DNA from: Myxococcota bacterium | GTDB lineage: Bacteria > Myxococcota > UBA4151 | Reading direction: 5' to 3' | Assembly (NCBI GenBank): GCA_036338695.1 | Contig: JAYZBQ010000082.1 | Coordinates: forward strand, 1-23,156 | Length of the DNA: 23,156 bases | Shown here: positions 17,162 through 23,156 of the stretch, one piece after another | Layout of the letters: each line of letters opens with the position of its first letter | Numbering within the stretch: the stretch's first letter is position 1 | Position numbers and translations under genes: made by a program | Notes under the pieces: generated by a model | Seen by the model: only the letters and a program-made list of their open reading frames with translations | Database searches by the model: none | What the model was told of the DNA's origin: nothing

Positions 17162-18867
17162 GGCAACACCTCCAAGAGCTCGTCCCATCGATCCAAGACA
17201 CGCGCAGCGCCTGCCTTGAGCAGAGGTAAGGACCGACTCGATGGAATCCCGGCCGCCCGAACGCCGAGCGGCAGCACGCCCGCAGCGCGTGCGGCGAGGA
17301 CGTCGTCGGGGGTATCACCCACCATCCAGGCTCGGCGAACCCCGAGCGCATTCAGCGCCATGCGCACCGGCTCGGGGCTCGGTTTGGGGGGCGCATCCTC
17401 CATGCACACCAGCGCCGCAAAAACCTCCTCGAGCTGGTGCGTCCTCAAGAAACGGATCGCATCACGACGTGGGCGACCGGTCACGACGGCGAGCTTGAAG
17501 CGCGCAGCTAGCGCCCGCAGGGTCTCACATCGACCCACCAAGGTCTCTGATCGCCAAAGCGGCGATCCGCTCTCAACGCCTTGATACAGGGATTCAAACG
17601 CAGCGGTCACAGCATCGAGCTCGGCCGAGCCCCCAGCTTGCCGGATCAACCGCCAGGTCACGACCCAATCATTGTTGGCGTCACCTTGCGCCTTGACCGC
17701 CTCAATATCCGCTGCCGTGACGCGCACACCGAAGCGCAGGCAGGTGAGGCCGATGGCGCGACGGTACGAGGCAGAGACATCAGCGAGCACACCGTCGAGG
17801 TCAAAGATGACCGCTTCCGGGCTGCGGATGATGCGGATCGCCTCGCTGACGCGCTCGGTCGCTGAGACGCTCAAGGGACACGAGATCCTCACGGCATCGG
17901 CTAAGTCGAGCGCATCCGGCCAGGTTCGAATCTGCACACCCAGACCCGCCATGGCGTCGCGCCACCAGGCGCCATCCAGCCCGCGCGCAAAGACAAAGTT
18001 CCCTTGGGACGGGTTCACCGACACGCGCTGGCTGCGCAGGGTCGATTCGAGCTGCTGCCGCGCCCACACCTGCACCGAAACATCAGGCTCATCAGCGCCC
18101 TCTTCAAGGGACGCCAGCGCCAAAGCCAGCGCGGGCGCCGACGCCGGGTACGGCAAACCAGCTGTCCGCAGCGCCCGAATCCATCGAGCAGCGCCGAGCG
18201 CGTAACCGAGCCTCAAGCCGGCTAGACCCCTCGCCTTCGAGAAGGTGCGAAAAATGATCGCGTTGGGAAGGGACAAGGCGACTTGGGTGAGGTCCTCATC
18301 GGCGAACTCTGTGTACGCCAGGTCGACCATCACGAGCGCTTGCGGCGCAGCTTCAGCCACTCGGCGCAAGTCGTCGGCCGAGATCACATCACCGGTCGGG
18401 TTGTTCGGCGTCACCACCGCAATGAGCGCCGTGCTGTCGTCGCAGGCTTCGATCACGCGTTCCGTCGGGTATCCACCACCCTGAAAAGGCACAGCGATCA
18501 CCTCGGCGCCCGTCGACTCTGCGAAACGGCGGATCATCTCAAAGGTGGGCTCGGGAAGCACCAGCCGCTTCCCCGGCGCAAGCGCTGCCCGACACAGGCG
18601 CTGCAACCCCTCATCGCCTCCCGCAGTGATCAGCACTTGGTCGTCATGGAGACCGTGGCGCGCGGCGAGGCGACGCTCGAGCGCGCTGGGATCCGGATAC
18701 TGCGACAGCTGCTCGGGGGCCATCGCCCCCATCCGCGCGGCGAGCGCCTGCGGGGGCGGCGCTCCCTCATTCCCCCCAAGCTGGAGGTCGGTGACGGCGG
18801 GGTGCCGAGGCACTCGATACGGCGGCCGCTGAGTCCATGGATTAAGCTCAGGTTGTGATCTGCTCAT
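17158..18867 (-). CDS. hisC: Histidinol-phosphate aminotransferase fused to C-terminal HAD phosphatase (putative histidinol-phosphatase)
   Basis: HisC: YPDP, GGDEG, TPNNPTG, VDLAYTEF, RTFSKARGLAGLRLGY. HAD: FDLDGVLADVS, NNDW, VVTGRP, KPSP, VGDTPDD. GAGGAG RBS before ATG 18867. Confidence 0.93.
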   Translation of the reverse strand: MSRSQPELNPWTQRPPYRVPRHPAVTDLQLGGNEGAPPPQALAARMGAMAPEQLSQYPDPSALERRLAARHGLHDDQVLITAGGDEGLQRLCRAALAPGKRLVLPEPTFEMIRRFAESTGAEVIAVPFQGGGYPTERVIEACDDSTALIAVVTPNNPTGDVISADDLRRVAEAAPQALVMVDLAYTEFADEDLTQVALSLPNAIIFRTFSKARGLAGLRLGYALGAARWIRALRTAGLPYPASAPALALALASLEEGADEPDVSVQVWARQQLESTLRSQRVSVNPSQGNFVFARGLDGAWWRDAMAGLGVQIRTWPDALDLADAVRISCPLSVSATERVSEAIRIIRSPEAVIFDLDGVLADVSASYRRAIGLTCLRFGVRVTAADIEAVKAQGDANNDWVVTWRLIRQAGGSAELDAVTAAFESLYQGVESGSPLWRSETLVGRCETLRALAARFKLAVVTGRPRRDAIRFLRTHQLEEVFAALVCMEDAPPKPSPEPVRMALNALGVRRAWMVGDTPDDVLAARAAGVLPLGVRAAGIPSSRSLPLLKAGAARVLDRWDELLEVLP

Positions 18868-18877
18868 GGCGACTCCT

Positions 18878-19738
18878 CTAGGGTACAATTTGATCAAGGC
18901 GCGCCACCACCACGTCCGTGGCGCCCAAGCGCTTGAGGTCTGGGATGAGATCAGCCAGCTCGGTTCGCAGGACCGCAATCTTGACGGCAAAGTCGCCCGA
19001 TCGATAGAGCGACGCAATCGTCGGCTCTCGCATACAAGGTACCGAACGCACCACGGCGTCGAGCGCGTCGCGCGGGACGTTGAACTCGACCATGACCCGT
19101 GCGCGCGCCTCGATCACCGAGCGCAGCACCAGCACAAAGTCTTCAATAAGCGACCGCCTCGCCGGCTCCTCAAGCGCCCGAGGGTTGGCGTAGAGCCGAG
19201 TCGACGAGGTCATGAGCGTATCGATGATCTCGAGCCGGTTGGCGATCAAGGTCGAGCCGGTCGCGGTGTTGTCGACGATGCAGTCGGCGTCCTCAGGCGG
19301 TAGCACCTCGGTGGCGCCCCATGAACGCACGAATGTGCCGTCGAGCCCCTGTCGGTCGATCCAAGCTTGTGTGACGCGCGCATACTCCGAGGCGATCACC
19401 AGCGGACGATTGGGCAGGCGCCCCCCTTCTAAGAGCGTCTCAGGCGCCGCCGCGACGATCCGCACTCGATCCAAGCCCGTGTCGAGCAGCTCGACCAGAT
19501 CAACGCCGAGTTCTTGGACCCAGTCCGCCCCCGCAAAACCGAGATCCCGCCGCCCCGCGTGGAGCATCTCGACGATACCTTGCGGCTTGAGCACTTTCGC
19601 CTCAAAGCCTCTCAGCGCAATCGACGCACGGTAGTTCCGAGCGGTGGTTCGAACGGGGCAACCAGCGTCCGCCATGAGGCGCTGCACCCCTTCACTCATT
19701 CGCCCCTTTGGGAGCCCTAATTGTACCAACGAGTTCAT
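18878..19738 (-). CDS. hisG: ATP phosphoribosyltransferase, long form
   Basis: LGLPKGRM, DLGFAGADW, ASEY, GATEV..P..ADCIVDNTATGSTL..NRL, and a C-terminal regulatory domain (PTIASL...LKRLGATDVVV). GGAG RBS. Confidence 0.96.
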   Translation of the reverse strand: MNSLVQLGLPKGRMSEGVQRLMADAGCPVRTTARNYRASIALRGFEAKVLKPQGIVEMLHAGRRDLGFAGADWVQELGVDLVELLDTGLDRVRIVAAAPETLLEGGRLPNRPLVIASEYARVTQAWIDRQGLDGTFVRSWGATEVLPPEDADCIVDNTATGSTLIANRLEIIDTLMTSSTRLYANPRALEEPARRSLIEDFVLVLRSVIEARARVMVEFNVPRDALDAVVRSVPCMREPTIASLYRSGDFAVKIAVLRTELADLIPDLKRLGATDVVVARLDQIVP

Positions 19739-19782
19739 CTCGTGTTCTCCAAGGAGCACCGAGACGACAGGAGAACGAGCAC

Positions 19783-19824
19783 AAAAAACCACAAGCGCCG
19801 GTCCCTGTCGGATCGGCGCTCGTG
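19783..19824 (-). terminator. his attenuator intrinsic terminator
   Basis: mRNA CACGAGCGCCGAUCC-gacag-GGACCGGCGCUUGUG (14 of 15 positions paired, including one G-U) followed by G-UUUUUU, between hisL and hisG. Confidence 0.88.
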
Positions 19825-19860
19825 TTCAAAATCGTATTAAACGTAGCTCAGCGCCGACCC
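19810..19860 (-). promoter_or_regulatory. his attenuator antiterminator helix
   Basis: GGGUCGGCGCU at the end of the leader (19860-19850) pairs over 11 bp (one G-U) with AGCGCCGAUCC (19820-19810), the 5' arm of the terminator. Confidence 0.8.
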
Positions 19861-19907
19861 AAATCGTGGTGATGATGGCGATGATGATGTGCACACGTTG
19901 TAACCAT
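19848..19907 (-). CDS. hisL: his operon leader peptide MVTTCAHHHRHHHHDLGRR
   Basis: Manual translation from ATG 19907 to TGA 19848: 19 aa with 7 His codons in an 8-codon span, immediately upstream of the terminator and hisG. Confidence 0.9.
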   Translation of the reverse strand: MVTTCAHHHRHHHHDLGRR

Positions 19908-20249
19908 GCCTAACGGCTAGCCGAGGCAACCTCAGCCCGCAAGCGAGCCCATCGACATTTTTTCTCGGGGCTCAGCGCGTCGAGTGTACCCCAACGCGCT
20001 GCGTACACGCTTTTTGCCAGCACCCGAATGAGACCGTAAGCGACTCAAAAGACGCTGCTCTTAGCACATACGGAGCCGGCGCTCCGACGCGCTGTTTACC
20101 AGCGCCCGTCCGCTGCAACAGGCGCTCGACTCCGTCACTTGACGGACGTCGCAGGGGGGTGCTCGCCCATGGCTCGAGCGCGACAGGACCTTGGCGAGCA
20201 CCGACCAGCTGACGCATAAAGGTCAGAGCCCACCGCAACGGGGAGATCG

Positions 20250-21869
20250 ATGAAGTCCTGGGATAAGCACGTCGCCCCGCACGGCGACCTCGAGGCGTTA
20301 GCGCCGGGGCTCTGGCAGGTCACGGGCAGCCTCGATCGAAGCCCCCTTCCGCGTAACATGCAGATCTGGCGGGCTCCAAGCGGCGGCCTGCTGATCCACA
20401 GCGCCATCTGTCTCGATGTGGACGCCATGGCGCAGGTCGATGCGCTCGGCGATGTGTCATGGATCATCGTCCCCTGCGCCCTTCATCGAGCCGATGCCCT
20501 GCCCTATCGGCAACGCTACCCCGAGGCACAGATCCTCTGCCCGGCAGCGGCACGCGCCAAGGTCGAGGCGGTCGTTCCAGTCGATGCGCTGTGCGAGGAG
20601 GTCCTCCCCGGGCTTGGCGTCATCGTCCACGAACCCAGCGGGCTCAAACCCTTCGAGCTGCACTATCAGCTGCCTCTCGAGGACGGCTCTCAGGCGCTCG
20701 TCATGACAGACGCCCTGTTCAACCTCGGCGGCAAGCCACCAACCGGTCTAGGCGGCATGCTTTTGCGCGCCATGGGCAGCGTCGGACCTTTGGGTATGTC
20801 GCGTATCGGTCGCCTTTTGTTGCTCAAAAACACTGATCAATGGAGCGGCTACCTCAACGGGCTCGCCCAGATCGAGAACCTCCGTGTGCTGTGTGTCGGT
20901 CATGGAGAGGCGATCACAACAGACCTTGCACAAACGCTCGAGCGCGCCCGCTCGCGGCGACGCAAGCCCTCACGCTGGCTCCGCCTAGGCGTCGCCGCGC
21001 TCATCCTCTCGCTGCTCACGGGCGGCTTCGCTTACCGCTGGCTCACCGCCGACCCGGCGCGCGCCATGCGCACGCTGCAATCCTTGAGCGTTGACCTCCC
21101 CTTGGGTCGGCCAGCGATGCTCGCAACCGGCTCCGGGGCGCTGGCGGCCTGGACGCTCGGGGACCCCGGCGCGCCGGTGATCGTGCTGATCCACGGGTTT
21201 GGGGACGCAGGCGCCGGCTGGGTGAACGTCGCTCAAGCGCTCGCTGATCGATACCGAGTGATCCTGCTGGATCTACCCGGTCACGGACGCTCGACCCATA
21301 CGGCTCGTGCGCTGACCATGGGCGACCTGATCCAGAGCATCAGTGACCTCACCGCCCGAATCGACGGTCCGCTGATCTTAGTGGGCAACTCCTTGGGTGG
21401 CTGGATCGCCGCCGAGTGGGCGCTGAGGCACCCGGCGCGGGTTGCGCAACTTCACTTGGTCAACAGCGCAGGGTTCGACTGGCCGCTCGATCCCGAGCTG
21501 CTGCTGCCCTCGTCTCGGGAGGGGGTACGGCGCAAGAACGCCATCATCCTGGGCGCGCACGCGCCGCAGCTCCCCGGCTTCATGCTCGATGGGCTGGTGG
21601 CGCTCCACCAGGAGCCGTGGCTGCGCCCCCTGTTTGATCACCTCATGAACCAGGCGCCCAAGCTCGACGAGCGGCTCCAGGCCTTCTCGGGTCAGCTGTC
21701 GGTGATCTGGGGTACACCCGACGCCTTTTTTCCGGTCAAGGGATACCTGGACCGGGTTCGTGCGACGCGCCCAGAGGTCGAGCCCGTCCTGCTCGAGGGC
21801 TGCGGACACGCCCCCCAATACAGCTGCCCCGACCAGCTCGCTGCGGCGCTGACGAGGTCAATTCCGTGA
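20250..21869 (+). CDS. Fusion: DUF4336/metallo-beta-lactamase-like domain + TM helix + alpha/beta hydrolase
   Basis: N-domain LLIHSA..., WIIVPCALH, MTDALFN, VGHGE. TM LGVAALILSLLTGGFAY. Hydrolase LIHGF, DLPGHGRS, GNSLGG, WGTPD, CGHAP. GGGGAG RBS. Confidence 0.8.
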   Translation: MKSWDKHVAPHGDLEALAPGLWQVTGSLDRSPLPRNMQIWRAPSGGLLIHSAICLDVDAMAQVDALGDVSWIIVPCALHRADALPYRQRYPEAQILCPAAARAKVEAVVPVDALCEEVLPGLGVIVHEPSGLKPFELHYQLPLEDGSQALVMTDALFNLGGKPPTGLGGMLLRAMGSVGPLGMSRIGRLLLLKNTDQWSGYLNGLAQIENLRVLCVGHGEAITTDLAQTLERARSRRRKPSRWLRLGVAALILSLLTGGFAYRWLTADPARAMRTLQSLSVDLPLGRPAMLATGSGALAAWTLGDPGAPVIVLIHGFGDAGAGWVNVAQALADRYRVILLDLPGHGRSTHTARALTMGDLIQSISDLTARIDGPLILVGNSLGGWIAAEWALRHPARVAQLHLVNSAGFDWPLDPELLLPSSREGVRRKNAIILGAHAPQLPGFMLDGLVALHQEPWLRPLFDHLMNQAPKLDERLQAFSGQLSVIWGTPDAFFPVKGYLDRVRATRPEVEPVLLEGCGHAPQYSCPDQLAAALTRSIP

Positions 21870-22714
21870 GCTGGTCTGAGTGCGCTACCGCTGCAGACTT
21901 CGTCGAGCGGCGGCGAAGCGAGCTCCTGGCGAACGAGTCGCGTCACTGCCTTGCGTGGGGCGCCGTCAACCGCTGGCGGTCTGCCTCCGAGAAGGCTGCC
22001 ACCACTCGGTTCTTGATCTATACGACGGACTCAATCAGCAGCGCCCACGCCCTGCTGACCGATCACGATCAACACCTAATTCTAAGCGCCATGACCGACT
22101 CCGAAGCGGGGCAACTGCGTGACGACCTCCGCCGGCAGCAGACCAACCTTTTAACGATCGAAGGCCCCGCAGAACGAGCCGCTCAATTCGTCGCCGACTG
22201 GACCGAGGAGCGAGGGGTGAAAGAGCGTACGAGGATGAACCAAGGGCTCTATGAGTTGCGCACCGTCTCCGACATGCCATCGGTCGCTGGCGCCATGGTC
22301 TGCGCAACGGAGGACCACCTAGAGCACACCGAACGCCTCATGCAGGGCTTTATCGGCTCCATCGGTGAACAGCCGATCGACGCCGAGCAGATCAGCGAGC
22401 GAGCCAGGCGCACCGTCGCCGAGCGCCGAGCCTACCTCTGGCAGCTTCCCGATCGACGGATTGTCTCGCTGTCCGCCATCGTCAGGGAGACGCCCAACAC
22501 GGTGAGCATCTCATGGGTCTACACGGCTCCGGCGGCGCGACGAAACGGCTACGCAGCCCAACTGGTTGCGACGCTCTCGCAGGCGCAACTGAATCGTGGC
22601 AAGTCGGCGTGCAACCTGCACACGGACCTCAACAACCCGACCTCAAACGCCATCTACCGAGGAATCGGGTACCGCCTGATCGCACGCTCACTACGGGTTC
22701 GGCTGACAGCCTAG
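21866..22714 (+). CDS. GNAT family N-acetyltransferase
   Basis: ISWVYTAPAARRNGYA and LHTDLNNPTSNAIYRGIGY. GTGA overlap with the upstream gene. Confidence 0.9.
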   Translation: MSWSECATAADFVERRRSELLANESRHCLAWGAVNRWRSASEKAATTRFLIYTTDSISSAHALLTDHDQHLILSAMTDSEAGQLRDDLRRQQTNLLTIEGPAERAAQFVADWTEERGVKERTRMNQGLYELRTVSDMPSVAGAMVCATEDHLEHTERLMQGFIGSIGEQPIDAEQISERARRTVAERRAYLWQLPDRRIVSLSAIVRETPNTVSISWVYTAPAARRNGYAAQLVATLSQAQLNRGKSACNLHTDLNNPTSNAIYRGIGYRLIARSLRVRLTA

Positions 22715-22823
22715 GGTGCCTCCAAGCCGCGCTTAAACGCCACCACGCGTTCAGGCGGTCGCTCGCTTGACATCACGTCGTGATGGATCAGGCTTTTCGT
22801 GAGGCGAGGAGAGGGAGTAGACC

Positions 22824-23156
22824 ATGAGGTTTTCAGTGGCTCTGGTGGGGTTGACGATCGCTCTTGGCGCCGGCTGTGAAGATGATGAAGACTTCACGGT
22901 GTGCTCGCCGCTGAGCGCGGCGGAGCTGGCGGAGCTACCGCAGACGCTCTCGCAAGCTGGGCTCTTCGCGGACATGGACACCGAGGCGCTCGCCGAGGGG
23001 GTCTTCGCCTACAAGCCCCGATTCACCCTGTGGACCGACGGCGCAACGAAGCGGCGCTGGATCTTTGTCCCAGAGGGTGAGCAGATCGACACGAGCGACA
23101 TGAACGAGTGGCGATTTCCGGCGGGGACCAAGCTGTTCAAAGAGTTCACGCGCGAC
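22824..23156 (+). CDS. Lipoprotein, SO2930/HNE_0200-like N-terminus (3'-truncated; absent from ORF track)
   Basis: Manual translation MRFSVALVGLTIALGAG-CEDD...LPQTLSQAGLF...Y.PRFTLWTDGATKRRWIFVP...WRFPAGTKLFKEF. GAGGGAG RBS. Open to the window end. Confidence 0.78.
   Translation, partial: MRFSVALVGLTIALGAGCEDDEDFTVCSPLSAAELAELPQTLSQAGLFADMDTEALAEGVFAYKPRFTLWTDGATKRRWIFVPEGEQIDTSDMNEWRFPAGTKLFKEFTRD

Noticed and set aside
18868..19017. N-terminal extension of the HisC fusion (likewise the hisD, hisB and hisG extensions in the ORF track)
   Set aside because: These overlap upstream genes or the attenuator. The downstream ATGs have good SD sequences.
19644..19913. + strand ORF with VVMMAMMM
   Set aside because: Antisense reading of the hisL CAT/CAC codons.
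19972..20238. 88-aa minus-strand ORF between hisL and the hydrolase fusion
   Set aside because: No motifs or RBS. Probably a divergent promoter region.

Overview
High-GC bacterial window, probably Myxococcota/deltaproteobacterial (inferred from the DAG-rich lipoprotein linkers and a SO2930-like gene). The left half holds accessory genes: a partial esterase, two paralogous SGNH-like lipoproteins, a GNAT, an MFS permease, an RCC1 beta-propeller lipoprotein, an SDR, a SnoaL-like protein, a GST and a G8/CEMIP-like beta-helix lipoprotein. The centre holds an SmtB-type Zn sensor with a palindromic operator and a 24%-His metal-binding protein. These sit directly downstream of a complete, compact minus-strand his operon: hisL-G-[C::HAD phosphatase]-B-H-F-[A::I::E]-D. 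Highlights: (1) a 19-aa His-rich leader peptide, missing from the ORF track, with a terminator, an antiterminator and an SD-sequestering hairpin; (2) a HisA-HisI-HisE triple fusion whose IE part looks fungal His4-type and overlaps hisD; (3) a HisC-HAD phosphatase fusion; (4) gene adjacencies that mirror eukaryotic his fusions. The right end holds a DUF4336-like::TM::alpha/beta-hydrolase fusion, a GNAT and a truncated lipoprotein. No CRISPR, rRNA, tRNA or mobile element was seen.
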